Source: Perna viridis (Eukaryota). Taken from it: a DNA stretch of 64,000 bases. Each line of letters starts with the position of its first letter. The stretch's first letter is position 1. Below the pieces are notes generated by a model. That model did no database searches. It saw only the letters and a list, made by a program, of their open reading frames with translations, and was not told where the DNA came from. The position numbers and the translations under genes were made by a program. Location: the NCBI GenBank assembly GCA_037379345.1, contig CM074521.1:25816704-25880703 (forward strand). The letters are read 5' to 3'. Positions 1 to 15,600 of this stretch are shown here, piece by piece.

Positions 1-331
1 GTTAATTTTAATTTTGAAAGGGGACAAACCGTATGGGTATTGTTGAAACGGAAAATTTATACAATTTCACAGATGTCTTTTTTCCCAAATCAGTATCTCC
101 TGAAATATCGGACTACAAAACAACCTAATTGTATTTAATTGTTTCATATGGAAATAAACACACACACATTCAAAAAAGAGAAGTAAAACAATAATTTGAG
201 CAGATGACTTGTAAATTTCGTTTTTATTTTAACTGATACTGTATATAAGCTGAATATGTTTTGTATATTATTTTGAGTTTTTATTTTAAATCGAAAAAGA
301 TCAGATTGCTTTACTCATTTTTCCCTAACAG

Positions 332-651
332 TTACAACTGCCTCTACAACTGTTCCACCAACTACATCGACTCCACCAGTTTCAACCCCTGAAACATGTG
401 AGGAGGTTGACAACATGGGACCATTATCAGAAAACATTAAAGAGGTGACAAAGAATGGTAATCCATTGACTGAAGATGATAAGAACAAATTACAGCCTGG
501 TGATGATAAGAAGTTAACTGTATCTAAGACTGACACTTTGTCCATTGTTATGGAAACACAAGAAGAAGTTGATAAAATTGAAGTACTGGAAACAACCAAT
601 GTAAAGGAAGTAAACGTTGTCCTGAAGGACGAAGATGGAACAACAGTTCTT
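332..651 (+). CDS. Gene A exon: Thr-rich linker plus N-half of acidic two-Cys domain (CEEVDNMG...KDEDGTTVL)
   Basis: cag| acceptor, |gtaagt donor, phase 1 to 0; overlaps ORF 415..762. Confidence 0.88.
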
Positions 652-3600
652 GTAAGTAAAATATCAATAAATGTATTAATACTCTCGAAATTAATTATCT
701 TTTTAATTTCATTTTTTTTTTCATTTCTTTATTTCATGCATTATAACCAATCTTCGGTATAACTTAAAATGCACATACATTTATAAGATTAGTTTCTTTG
801 TTTTGTTACAGTGTTGGACTTTTTATTTTTTGCCATCGAAAAAAGATTCACATTTCCAATGGAAAGTGTTTAGATTTTACATGCATCAACTGTCCGAAGC
901 AGGATTGGCGATTTTCAAAATAAACAAGAACTTTCATTCTTAATAATTGAATTTAAAATATTAAATGTTTTTGATTTGTAGGATGAGACCATTTCACCAG
1001 AGGAAATTGTAAATGTTCCAAATAAGGTAGCTGGAAGTATCACTTTCACATTTGTACCAACAGATCCAAATGAAGATATGGAAGTAGGATCCATTTCTGC
1101 TGAAGTTTGTGTTAAACCTGGTAAGTGTTGTGATTAGATTTTAAGATATATTTAGAACATGTCAGATCTTTAATTCTGGTTCTTGTGTGATATAATTGTG
1201 ATGCAAACATGATAATTGAGTAATTTGTATGTGAAATATCCTCTAATGGATAAACATTTGGATCTGTGGTATATTGAGAGAAATGTTTGGGTTAGGACTA
1301 GACATTTCTTATGGGAAATTAGGATCTGGTAATGTTTGTGATTAGATATAGTTTTTTTTCCATATTTTGTTTCTTTTGTATAGCTTATATTTTTTTGTAT
1401 CTTTTTGTCTGAGTTTTTTTTAAATTTTTTTTAAACTTGTTACTAAATTGTTCTAGAAATTTGTTCCAAGAGATGTCTTTTGTTCTCGCTATTTCAATTT
1501 GGTATCATGAGTCGATCTGTCTATCATGTTTTGCGACTTAAAGGCAGAGGGAGATGATTTTGTATACGCAACATCCTCCTCTTACAAAAGAAAATTGGAT
1601 ACTCCGTTTTGCTTACTGTTATAATAATACTGTTAAAAAGTATTGTTAATCATTTGTTTGCTAATTCAGAGTGTATTAATGTATTGTTAACATATGTTTT
1701 CCTTGTCATTTATATAATAGATATGTTGCAAATGGTATTGCAAAATTATTCTATGTTGAAACATTTAAAGATGACGTATTATTTTATTGACATTGTTATT
1801 GGCTCATATGGCTTAGAAATTACCCCTACGTTTTTTGAAAATTTCGCTAAGTTTCAGTTTACTACATTGATATTTTGTCTTGAGAGATTTACGTGTAGGT
1901 AAGTGAGGTGACAGTGGTTTTCCGGAACAATTTGTCTTTCATTAATAAGATATACTTAGAAATTTAAATTAACATCACTATTTCTGCGAAGTTCGTTTGG
2001 TAATGCATCATTTTTTATATATCAGATTTTCATTTGTCTCTCTTCATTTTCAGTTGGTGTTTGCATTTTGAACCCTTTGTCAATACAGCAACTGTATAAA
2101 CTAAATTTTTCGAGCAACTTGGCGGGTGTATCTAGAAAGATGACGTATTATCTTTAAACAATCTTAATTTCGGAGATTTGATACATCGCATCTAACCCCA
2201 AAGAACTTGTAATAAAGGATACTACAGACACTATAAAGTCGGCCTCAAATCCTGGCCTACAATTAGAAATCGGTGGTAATAGGAAAACTATTGACCACAC
2301 TTTACGACAAACATGATGACATTTTATTCAGAATTGTTTACTTTCCTTTCATCTGTGGCAACATCCCTTCTGTACCTGCGTATGGAGTGTTCATATCACA
2401 ACTCATACTTTATGCCAGAGCTTGTCGAAACTACGCAGACTTTTTGTATAGCACTAGAATTCTAACAAATAGGCTTCTGAAACAAGGTTATGTTACAGAG
2501 GTTTTATGGTCGTCATCATGAACTCGTTGATCGTTACGGTGTATCCATCTGCGCAATGAAAACTGATTTCGTCTACCCCTGACTGGACTTTTCATGAGCA
2601 ACTCGACGGGTGTTTCTATAAAAGAAGAGAACGCTTTCCCTACCGGTGCACCTGGTCCATGCTCCCATTTTTTAAGTGGAGTACGAGTTGCACGTTTGCT
2701 TTTGTTACTTTGTATGTATGATTTTAGTTACTTTATGTTCTTTGTTGTGTAAGTCTGTTTACCATCTGTGGTCTTTGTCCCTGGATTACATTCTTTTGAT
2801 TACCGCTAGAATCTTGGTTCCATTGATTACTCGAAACAAACTGTTGAGTCTTAAAGTTATTCTTTTTTTTTCAATGACTATAAAATGCAATATATTAATG
2901 TCTTTGAATTTAGTACTTTTATAATTGACCCCAAACAAAAAATATATTTCTTGCACATTTTTCTGTACTGGAAAATTTTAATCTCGCTATGGTATTGATG
3001 ACTTATTAATGACTACCCTACCTGTGCACCTGGTCCATGGTCTCAGTTTTTAGTGAAGGCCAAGTTGCTCATTTACTTCTTCGTTTTGTACATTGTATGG
3101 TTATTTCATGTGCTTTATTGTTTGTATATGTTTTCCCTACCTTGTCTTTGTCACAGGATTGCACCATTAACAAAAAGCTGTTTTAGTTGAAATTTTGTTC
3201 TTAGCTTCAAAGCAATCTTATTTTATAATTTATTAGGTACAACAGGCACAACAACCTTGCCCACTGAAACTTCGCAGGCTGCTGTAACTACTGAAGCAGG
3301 TCCTAAATTGACAACGCCATCACCTGAAAAAACATCCACTAGTAGTATGTATTGAATTAATATCTTTAAAATAAGCTTTTAAACTAGTCGTTTATTGATG
3401 GGACGATTTTAACTTTGCATTTTGAAGAACAAAGAACTGTTTTTGATTATTTTAACTGCAGTTGTGACAACTGGGTTTATTTTTAGTTATGATATCCATG
3501 TCAATTAGACCTACTTTTAATTTTTTGGATCGAATCGAAATAATTTGATTGTGCACATGATCTTCTTAAGTATAAAAATCACGTAATAAACTTCAAATGC

Positions 3601-6600
3601 TAAATCTTAAAAAGATATTTCATGCAATTGTTAGTTTTTAACCGAGAGGTCTAATCACAACACAAATACAATAGAGTTTAAAGCACAATGCTGTTTAATA
3701 AGTAAGACTATAACAAGATTACATTTCAACAATAGTTTGTAATTGTATTCTTAAAACAGAGATACTCAGTCCAGTACTAAAAAAAGCTTAATATTGATAT
3801 TCTTTGTTTTAAGGGGAAACACCTGTAACAGAGCCAACCCTAAAACAAACAACCACTAAAGCAACAGCTCCAATTGAAACTACAACAACTCCTGGAACAA
3901 CTCCAGTTCAAACTTCACCAACCACTGAAGCAACAACAGCAGGTGAAGTTATATGGCAAATTTCTTCTTTCTTCAGTCACTAGGATTGTGTTGTGATTAC
4001 TTTTTTTTTCATTATCTTCAATTTGTATGTTTTTCTATAGAAACTAGTCTTTTAAACTAATTTCGAGGAAGTGCTTTTTTGTATCTTTTTATTTTTATGT
4101 TAAAATTATTTATATTGTCATCTCTTTTGATATACACCTTTAAAGGAAAATATTTTCAGAAAGCGACATAAGTAATCGTTTAATACGTTTGTTTGTTTTA
4201 ATATTTTACAGCATTCTGTACTTTCAACCAAGAACAGTTCAAAAATAACTTTGGTTTTGAGCAATTCAACTTCATTGGATATATAGAAAAGGATGGCAAA
4301 GATGGTTTAACAAGTGAAGATGAAAAGGTTTTCCTTGGGGATATGATTCCTAGAGATAAGATTGTTATTGTCGGATGTAGTAATTGGTAAGTAAAATGAT
4401 AATTTTCAAATAAAGGTCATTGACCTATAAACTTTATATTGAAATGAAAGAGATATTTTAAAACGCATATAAATTTCAGTTGCTAATTTTGGCAGATTTT
4501 GTGAAATGAACAAATTCACATGTAATCTTTTGTGATTTTTGTGAGTTTGGAATGTTTGAATAACTTGATAGTTATCAGCTTAACTTAAATCTGACTACTG
4601 ATTCATTTTTTTAACTTCATTCCGTAACATTACAGTATTCTGTGAATAATGGTAAATGAAGGTAGTGACTCCTTTTTATTCACAACTAATATGAAAACGA
4701 TGTCATAATTTTTTTTCATAATTTCATGAAAATTCTTTAAATTGTTTATAACGTTCTTTTAATTGTTTTTAGAGTTCACCGGAATTAGCCACATCTATTC
4801 CTAATCAATGTTTGGCGACCTTTGTTTCTCAAAATAATATTAAAGTCAAAACATAATTTGCTGTCAACCAATATATTTCTAATTCATCTCACTGAAAACA
4901 AAACGCATTTATTAAAAAAAATAAAATTGATCGGTTGAGTATTTTCTATGTTTTTACTGTGAGTTTTCTCGGAATGATTTGTTTATTTGAAGGAAGTCAT
5001 TCTTGCAATGGTAATTTCTATGACATATCTGATAAAGTCATAATTCTGAATATATTTGCTCTTACTTCTTTGTTCAAATAAATTAGATTATGAACATTAT
5101 TATTAATAAATTATGACATTAAGTAATAATTTTGCAGAATGATTAAGAAACCGACACGAAATAAGAAAAAAGTCAAAGTGGTTTACCTTAAAAGGAAACT
5201 TCGATATTCAAATGTATTCATCAACATGAACTACTTTTTCACTTTAAGTTCTTTTATGTTTTTTTTTTACTTTTATTCTTAGTGTTGTGCTCTCCGTTTC
5301 TGTTTTATCTTTTTTTTTGCACTTAATAGTCATAAAAATAAGAATACTGTCGTCGGTCTGTTAATGTAGACTTTATTACTTTTGTTTTCGGTTTTTTTTT
5401 CAAGCTTGTTTGTTTTCCACTTGTCGAAGACCTTTTCGTGATCTTTGAAAGATTTTGCTATTTTGTATAACATTTATATCCTGAGCATTTTTTCTTTGAT
5501 TTTCTGTAGTAACTTGCGTTTTATTTTATTTTTAGCACTTGTGAAGCTACTGGTATAATGAATTGTGAAGTAGGAGAGTGTGCTGGTAAACATTTTTTCT
5601 AAAATTTAATTAAGAAAGAGTAATGTACTAAAGTTTTGAATTGAAACGCAAATTTATTTTCGATCTTTTAACATGTCATTTTTAAAGCGTCATATATAAT
5701 TTATATACATATATTTCAAGCTCATCATACTAACAACAAAATCATTGAACATTTCAATTTTAGTAATATCTTTTGTGAAACACAATCTCTAAAGAATTTT
5801 GTGTTATTTTTAATTTAAATGAAAATTCATTCAATTGCTGTCACTGTTTTTTTTCTAATTTTATGTGACCCTATTTTCAATTAGAATGCATATATACTCC
5901 ATGGACTGAGTGGACCCCATGCTCAAAAGAGTGTGACGTTGGATCTAGAACAAGATCAAGATCCGAGATTTCATTCAAACCCCCAGACAAATGCCAAGAT
6001 AAATTACAGGAAAAGGAGGATTGTAATATCGAACCATGTCCTACTCCAAGTAAGATTTTTATTTTAATGAATATGAGAGCACTTAATTGTAAAAAGCTTG
6101 CAATTGTTACACTTGAAGATATTTTCTAAACTTTTGGAATGATGCACGCTAAGTATAGTTAAACCCTAATAACTAGTAAACCTGATAGTGTCTCATATGA
6201 GTCAAAACGAAATAAGAAGTCATGAAAGGTGCTCCAAAAATTATTCAGAACCTGACCAGGCATATTTTAAATTATTCTTCATAACCTTCAAATGCTGACA
6301 GACATAATTCAGCACTTAATAAACATTTACTCAAGCCATATAATCCCTTTTATTGTATGACATTTGGTGGGTCAACCCCAATTGAAAGGTTGCAATGTAA
6401 GTTCAAACACTTTTTATGTGCAACTCGGTGGGTGTTTCTAGAAAAGCAGAAGACGCTTACCCTACCGGTGCACCTGGTCCATGCTTCCAGTTTTTAGTGG
6501 AGTCCGAGTTGCTCGTTTGCTTTTGTTACTTTGTATGTATGACTTTAATTACTTTGTGTTTTTTGATGTATATGTCTGGTCATTGTATCTGGATTACATT

Positions 6601-9600
6601 CTCTTGATTACCGTTATAACATTGGTTCCCTTGATTACTCTCTCGTAGATACCCTGGGAAATTCCATCACATATATTTTTGCCATAGATGAGTTGCACTG
6701 TACTTGAATGATATTGATTGTAACTTTTAATTTGCAAGTGATGCATTTAAGACATGATAAAAGGACATTTTACTAACTGTAAACTTAGTTGTAATACATG
6801 TATAATTGTTGGAACAAAAAGCAATTGCTAACTGACATGATGAAATTTTAACGTGTTATTATTCTCAGTAATTTTAAAAGTTGAAATCATATTCAATAAC
6901 CTTATCAAAATTACGGAATGTTTGATATCTTTATTTACCCAGTAGGGTACCAGATAAGAATAAAACTCAAAAGTAGATTATTTTTGCTTAAAATAGTTTT
7001 TTTCTCTTAACATCAATAGCATTTAATTTACAAAACATTCACAATAATGCCTGATTTTTCAATACGACTTATTCATTTATGGCATCATATTTCTTTGATA
7101 GCAACTATTGGAGTCTGTGGACCTTGGGATGATTGGTCAGAATGTAGCTCAATGAATATGGGACCACAGTGTGTAGAAGGTGTCAAATTCCGCGAAAGAA
7201 CTTGCCCAGGATCAGTAATTGATCGAGAAGAAGAACCATGTTCAAACAGAAATGAAACTTTTACATGTGATAGTATGTTATTTAATTTTTGTTCAGAATA
7301 CAAAATATTCTTGAATATATTATTACGACAACGTTGCTGTGAGCAGGTTGATATAAGTGGGTGTACTATTGATTTTGAAAGAGAAAAATAATCAAACACG
7401 AACAGAAAATGCAGGGATAGGACATCTTAAAAACCCTTACGTAACATTTTAGTGTTCACAAAAGTCAGCATCGTCTTCTTTGATAAATTGAAAATATTGC
7501 TTTTTAGTGTGTAAGATTTCCCCAGTTTCCAATGGCAGGAATGTTAGGTTTTTCATATCACACAAAGAAGTATAAAATAAATCTTTAATATGACGACATA
7601 ATTTAGATTCAGTCGCTAAATCGTAAGACATCTTTTTTTGATAAAAAGCAAATTTAGATTTAATTTATATCAATGTCTGATTTTTTTTCAGTTTGCAATG
7701 ATCCAGAAAGGATCCTGATTGTTGAGCCTAGATGTAACCTGACCTGCTATCTGTTACAATATCCTGACCGTTGTATAGAGGAAGAAGATTTCAAACCTAG
7801 ATGTGGATGTAAAGAAGGAATGGTTTTAGATGAAACAACAAATGAGTGTGTCGATCCCAACACATGTACCTGTTTCAATTTCCAGAATAAACCAGTCAAT
7901 GTTGGCATGACCTTTCCTGGCAAAACTGCTTGTGAGGAATGGTAATTCAAATTTTATCTTTTGCATTATATTAATTATAATATAATTATGCCGGTCAAGG
8001 AAATTTATTATTCAGGAGTTTTTGTGTCAACTTTGCGGCTGTGATCTTCTAGAATACACACTGTCAACTATACTTGCATTTAGGTAGATTCCTGATAAAG
8101 AGTTGGTTGTCTGTTTATGTACACAAATGTTTACTAGTGAAACTCTAGATACTGGGAAGAATAATGCATTTATGCATTATGAATACAGTTCTTAACTCCA
8201 GGATTATTATAACCTTATGCAGTTGCCTATAAGATCTCGCTAACCCATAATTTGTATATCCTTAAAGCAATTATTTATTTTGTTGGTCGTGAATGGTAAA
8301 AAAAAACATAATAATTCGTATTGGAAACGCATTATCACTTGAAGTTTTATCTGTCAAAAGTCGTAAATGTAATACATTTTAGTGCTGAAAGAGTTTTTTA
8401 ATGGATCGAATGCAATTGTTGGGAGTTTAAGGAGGTAGAACTAGGTGAAGGGACACAACTCTTAAAAATCATCAGAACATTTGTATTCAGCATTTTACAT
8501 CAATCTTATGTAAGCATCTAATTAACTTGGATTCATTTTATTCTGCTTTAAACAAAAGCTTGAGAGGCTTTGGTAAAATTGAATATAATACAAACATATC
8601 ACTGATTCATGACTTATGTCGCTTACCCTAGGTCAACCTCCTTAAGGATGCTCTAATTTTGGTTTGAAGTTTTCCTGTTTTCTTGTATTTAACCATTCTA
8701 CTATTTCTTTATTTCAGTACTTGCGGACCAAGAGGCCAAGTTGAGTGCAAGATAAACCCAGAGTGTAAGTGTTCATGTCAAGACAGACAGCTTTAGTTCT
8801 TTATTGTATGGATGGCAAAAATGTTATTTTTTAATTTATAGACCCGTTTTGTTTATTAAGAGAACATTTGATACTGTATCATTGTATTCTTAACCTTCCA
8901 AAAGAATTTTTTTTCTTTTATTTAAATGGGTACTTTGGAAAAAAAAACTAAATCAGTCTTCTGTGGAAATCATTCATGTAACCTGTAACTTGACATAAAA
9001 TATTTGTATTTATTAGTGTCATTAAGTATTCAGATAGCTAAAACGGAGAAAATACATTTTCCTAGTTTCCCATTAAGTAGCCATTTTGGAGCAGTCAATG
9101 AGTTTTCGATTCAGATTTTGTCATATAAATGTAAAGCACTGCGTTGTTATTGTTCTTTAAAACAAACATATAATAACAGACTGCTCTTTGTCAGCTATTA
9201 AGTACTATTCCATCTCAGAATTGTTCAAAATGTATATAAGGTATGGCACATCAAAGAAAAAATGCAGAGGTTTTATTGCATTAACCAATTAATTATACCT
9301 GATAACCACCAGAAATAACCATCAAAGTGTTTGTAAAATTTCTTTCCTTATATAAGCAGTCAAAAAATATCTACGTCAGAGATGCTTCAGGATCAATTTA
9401 AAAAGCTTTTCAGTTGTTTTCTAGATGTACTGAATATATTTCAGGCAAAAAACATTAAATTGAGAAATATGATGTGCCACCCATTGCCTGATTACTACAC
9501 AGAGTGGTACTTAAAACACTAAGTTATTACATATTTTATCATTACAGGTTGTGAATGGAAAGAATGGTCTAACTGGGGAGAATGTAGTGAGGAATGTGAA

Positions 9601-12600
9601 ACTGGAGTACAGAATAGATACAGGTTTGTTCATTTTTTTTGTAAATTATCATTGTGATAATAATTTTATAGTTCCTTATTTGTAATACTTGATATGATGA
9701 CACGTTTATTCAACTTTAACGCATAGGGGACATGGAGACTACAGTTTATTCCATCCTTCCCTGTCCATTGCGTTTTTTTCAGGTCTTATCAATTTAATTA
9801 AGCTCATTCGTGAGTCCTTTCAGTCATATATTTGTAGGCTCTGCCTTTTTGGTGTCCCTGTGGGTTCCATTCCAGAACTTGCTTGGTGATGTTTTACTGG
9901 TTTTTATTTTTTGCAGTGTATGTCCAACCAAGTTCTTTTTTTTTAGATCTTTTAGATCTTATAATTATTTGATATAAATGGATAATTAATTTTCGAAATT
10001 TACTTTTTTCCAGAAATTTGTATGTAATTTTAATCTTTTAACAATTATGTATTAGCTAGTAGACAAAAGACTTAGTTGAGATGTTGATAATGTTATAGTT
10101 ATAGTTCAGGCTAATCAAAATTATTCAAAATCATGATTGTCGCATATAAACAGTATGCTTCAATTAATTTTGATTTTCCATATGTTACTTCGTCAATTGC
10201 ACACATATACACACATCTGATTCTTAAGGCATTACATGATGATAATTTATGTATAGGTTTTTAATTCAGATGTAGAAAACACTGTCAGGAAGTTTATCTT
10301 ATTGTATACTCAAACGATAGCTGTATTGAAAGTTGAAAATTTGGGGACCTCAATCAAGGATAAACATATATTTGCCACCGTCAATCTAGATCAACGACAA
10401 AAATATTCAAAATACAATACGGTTATCTCTGTTATTATGCAACTGTTCCAAAACAAGGCGGTTATCGTGCAACTGTCAATAACTTCTGTATACAATACAA
10501 ACACAATTCAAGGTCAATAATAAAATAGACTGTCCATGCGTACAAATTCGAGACAGTCAATAATGGAAATGACATCCTAATATTTCTTATGGACTTCCAC
10601 GTTACAACGAAAGTTGCAATATAATAAAAAAATCAATTTATTGTAGAGAGAGAAGTGAGCATTGTCCTGTATACATGTACTTATTTCTTTTACTTTTTAA
10701 AGGTCATTGGAGACAGGTGATCCTACTTTCTGTGGTGAAGGAAAAGAAACTCAACCATGTGAACCAAAAGATACTTCTAACTGCAAAGTATGTAAAGTAG
10801 ACGGTAAAACTTATGATGTTGGTGCGATCATTTCTATCAAAGAAGAAGGCTGTGTAAAATGGTGAGTATATCCTTATTCTAATTTTCCTTCATCTCTTTT
10901 AAAATCAACAGGGGAAAAACCTATAAGAGCAAGTCGGCCTCAAAACAACACATTGAACATCTGGTAGCATATCTAAAATATCATAAAATGGAGGATTTCT
11001 GATATTTTTCTTTTAATTGATCTTATAAAGTTTTGATCAAAGTATAAAATGTCTTCGAAATGAGCAACAGATGCGCCTTGACTAAGGCTACATTTCTAGA
11101 AAAATCTATGTTAACACATTCTTAACATCTTAATTGCTATTCATTTTGTTACTTAATCTGGAGGTATTTTTTTTAAATTAAGGGTGTTAATAAATGAAAA
11201 GTAAACGTGAATTAAACTCAAATGAATTGGGTCGCTGTGAATGAAAAAACAATTCAGACAATGATAAACACAATTCTTCATTTAGCTTTGAAAAGAAAGT
11301 ATTTTATAATTTGATTTATTAAAAACTTTCTTTTTCAGCATCTGTTATGAATCAGGGCCATTCTGTACTAAGGACACTGAGGCAAATGGTAAGCCTTTTA
11401 AAAATTAGAGCTTCAAATTCTCAATAAGATTGGGAAGGTTTTTTTATTTATTTTTATTTGATAAATATTGCAGATGAGATCAGATTCGGAAAAAAAATCA
11501 AATAATAAATAGGCACTATATTGGAAAAGTATTAAATAAAGTTGAATTGCTTACGATGGCCAAGTTAGCATGAAAAGTCAAATTTGATTATGAATATTCA
11601 AGAAGTCTACCTGGTCATACAATCTCCTTGTCCAGCTTATAATAGGGTAATTTGCTATGTAATCTCATACCTTTCCTTTGTCAATTTTAAAGTTGTCTAC
11701 CACTGTCATTTGGTAGATGCTGAAATAGTGTATATTTGCACCCAATAAATATGAAGACATCTTATTTAATAGGATTGTGCATATTTTTTTCATCCAGAAA
11801 TAAATAGCACAAACCAGTTAATTGAAACCAACTGCTAAAACAAATTTGTTTTTTAGTTGATGGTGGCTGGACAGATTGGGAAGAGTGGTCAACATGTACA
11901 TCGTCTTGTCAAGGAGGTCAGAGAACAAGAACAAGGCAATGTAAAGATCCATTACCGATGTGTGACGGTCTGACTTGTAAAGGAGATAACCAGGAATATG
12001 AACCTTGTAATATGGATGTACTTTGTAAGTTTTAAGGTTTTCTGATCTTTTGCGTCTAAGTTTTAGAACCCTTTTACAGTTGATTGTAGTTTCCTTACTT
12101 CGTACAATGTTTTTACTATATGATACTTCTTTTTCTGACTGTCAAACACTAATTTAGACCGGTGAGAATTTTATATCAAAAATTATGGCATAGAACAGGT
12201 ATAATGTTAAGGATTGTATCTTTACATCAACAAGTATGTTGTTTTTTTTAAACATTGTGAACCGTAAAACCTATGTACCATTTTCATATTGCAGGTTGTA
12301 CAACAACAGAATGGACTGACTGGTCTGAATGTCCTACCAGTTGTACACAGGGTGATGAAAAAATCAGAACAAGAGATTTTGTTACTCCATACAACATATC
12401 AACCTGTCCAGGAATACCATTAGTAGAGAAAGAACCGTGTAAAAATGAGACTTGTGAGTTCAGTGATTTGGTTTATTTAGCTACTTTTTATAAGATAAAT
12501 GTATGCGTAAGTGGTTTGTCATAATACAGAAATGATTTTTTTCAAAAAAAACTTTTATAATATACAAGTTTTCAATAGGAGTAAAGCAATAAAAAGCGGT

Positions 12601-15600
12601 TTGACCGTTAATTGTATGGTAACATATTGACAATAGTTAGTAAAATAGCACACCTGGAAAACTCCAACTGAAGTAAATTGTTGACTATAGTATTAATCTA
12701 TAGTCAATGTTAAACGTTATCTCAATAAATCTTGCATTTATTAGATATAAATAGTTATAAATCTTTCAGTTAATATTAGTTTGCATTCCATTTTGAATGT
12801 ATTACATGAAAGAGAGGTAAATTTCAACGGCAATTATTGTATCCACAAGCTGTAGAATGTGATGACTATTTCAAAAAACTATGTTTTAGGTGAATGTGTT
12901 TACAAATACCCAGAGAACACTGTTTGTCAAAACAAGACAGCCAGTAACTGTGGTGTGGGCGAAAGAGTTGTCATTGGTACACTGATGAGTGGTGGTGAAG
13001 AATGTGAAAAAACAAGAACTAGAATTGAAGAATGTCAGCTAGGCCCATGTGGTGAATATTTAATTTATTTTGCTTTGCCCAGGCAAGATACATCTTTAAT
13101 TTCAAAGTCTTTTTCTGTATTAATCGTTATTTTCTGTTCTGCTAAATTGCTGCCTAGTACTACTATCATTCTCTCAAACGTTTTCACTGAATCACTTTTC
13201 CCATTAAATGTTAGTATTGTAGCAAATGGTCTTATAGTAGTACAACATGGGACTCCTTCATTTCATATCATGTGCTATTACACCTATATAACGTTATAAC
13301 TGTATTTCCAATTTCAGTATGTACTGGTGAACATGAAGAATGGGTTAACTCAGTTTGCCAAGAAACGACTTGTGCTGCTCTCACTGGTGGTGTTGACGTT
13401 CAAACAGACTGCAAACATGAGGGTTGTATATGCTCCAAGGGTTTCTTCAGAAACGATGACATGAAATGTGTATCATTCGAAACATGTGCCATATGTGAAT
13501 ATTTGGGTGTTGAGTACATGGTATGCCCTATTAATTATTTGTTATATTCTTGGAATGATTTGTTATGGTGAATATAGTTTGCCTTTGAAAGTTAAAATAT
13601 GTACTTGATTTATGGTTTTATCGTTGAATCCCTACTCATCGTTGCATATGTTTTACTATTAGATATGTGAGGAAACAGTGAAATGATCGAAAATCATGTA
13701 ACACGTATAGTCTTTGTGTTAAATACTTTTGTACCCTGTTTTCAAGTTGCCCCGTAGTTACCTGTCCTCACATTATTTTGTAATTTTATGTCCCTTTATA
13801 ATAGGACAACAAGAGCTCTGTGTTTATGTTTGATGATGCCCTTATATTTAAGGGTACTGGGTCTCAGGATTGTTTTACTTTACCGAAGACAGCAATCCCT
13901 TGCTTTAAAATATAAAAATAGTTTTTTTTTACATTTGGTAACTGTGAAGGTATTTTTATTCATGGCTGGTCTGTCAAACTGCATAAGTTCCATGATTTTT
14001 AAACTCATGAATTTCCTTTGGGTGTAACGTTTTAATGAAAATATATTACACATTTCAATTTGAGATTTGGTTGAACATCACATGTTCTCTTCTATATCTA
14101 TGTTTTATGTATGTTACATAATTCTAGATTGAAATATTTGTATTAATGTATTAATAACAAAGAAATAAGTCATAATTCAAGGAGCAAGATATTAAACAAA
14201 TGAAAAAATTGGCAGTTCAACTGCAAATATGATGCATGAAGTTTAATGCAATAAATAAATATATTTCAGCCTGGACAAATCTTTGACAACCCAGATAACA
14301 AATGTGAGAAATGTGAGTGTGTAAATGGTAAAGTAATATGTACCTTGCAATGTACAGAACCAGCTGAATGTATGCCAGTAAGTTATATTAATATGCATGT
14401 TTTAACCGAAAACTGAATCATATATAAGATAATACATAGTACTGAATATTAGCATAGCACTAGTTAATTTCTAGTACTAGACCTTGTCTAGATGTTTAGG
14501 TATACCACCTGTCATGCCCACCATTCATCTATCAAGTTATTGATTTCTTAGTGAACCCTTTTGAATGCATTTCCATAACCTATACGTATTTTATTTTTAA
14601 AAGAGGGTTACATTTATACAGAAATATACAAATTAAACTGGTAATCCGTCAATGTTTGGCTTAATTGTTATTACTATAATAGAAGTGGCTTGATTTTATA
14701 CTGTTCTTTTTTCTTCCTTTTTTTTTTAATTTCCACTGCTTAACCTGACATTTTTCTGAAGGCCTAAACACTGACATTATAAAACTTCTTTGTAGGGTGA
14801 AGTACTGAAATTTGATGGAAGTGACTCTTGCTGCAGAAAATGTCTCCCAGAGGAAAGTAAGTTATGTTAATATTTTTTTTGTTTACTTTTTTCATGCTGT
14901 AAAAATAATTGAGTTATTTAATTCTATAGGTAATAGTGAAGTGAAAACAATAACAATGCGAGTGAAAGTAATTAAAAAAAAACACTAAACAACCAGAGTA
15001 GATAATAAGTATAGAAATTTAGAAAAATAAAAGAACAACAAGACTCTCTTGATTCGGTGAACGGAAATCTATAAAATCATATACACAAAAACAGTATAAA
15101 AATAACATATGTTTCCACCCTGTTGAGGGCCTCTGATTAAGACACTAAATTAAAAAAAAAGGTAGTTCATGCAAAGGTAGGTAAATACGCTTTGTTTTGT
15201 CACTATATATCGTTAATGATTATATTTTTATATTTCTTACATTGGTTGTAGTAAAAATAGTATGAAACTTTTATCGAAATATGAAACTAATATACTGTTA
15301 TGTCCTAAAATGGGTTGATTAACTCAATTTTCTTAATAAATTTATTTTATATTAATCGTTTATATTAATGTGTAGCTGAATTGTTGAATTATATCGTTTC
15401 AGCAACTTGCAAGGAACACAACACCACTAAAGTTCTTGAAATGCGTTCAGGAGATACCATCTGTAAATCTAAAGTGCCATATCTGATAACCTTCTGTGCT
15501 GGTGGTTGTGGTACCAGTTCTAACATGCCAACATTGATGTTGTCTGGTGGTAATAGTGATGGAGTGAAAAAAGATTGCAAGTGTTGCGCTGGTGAAATTG

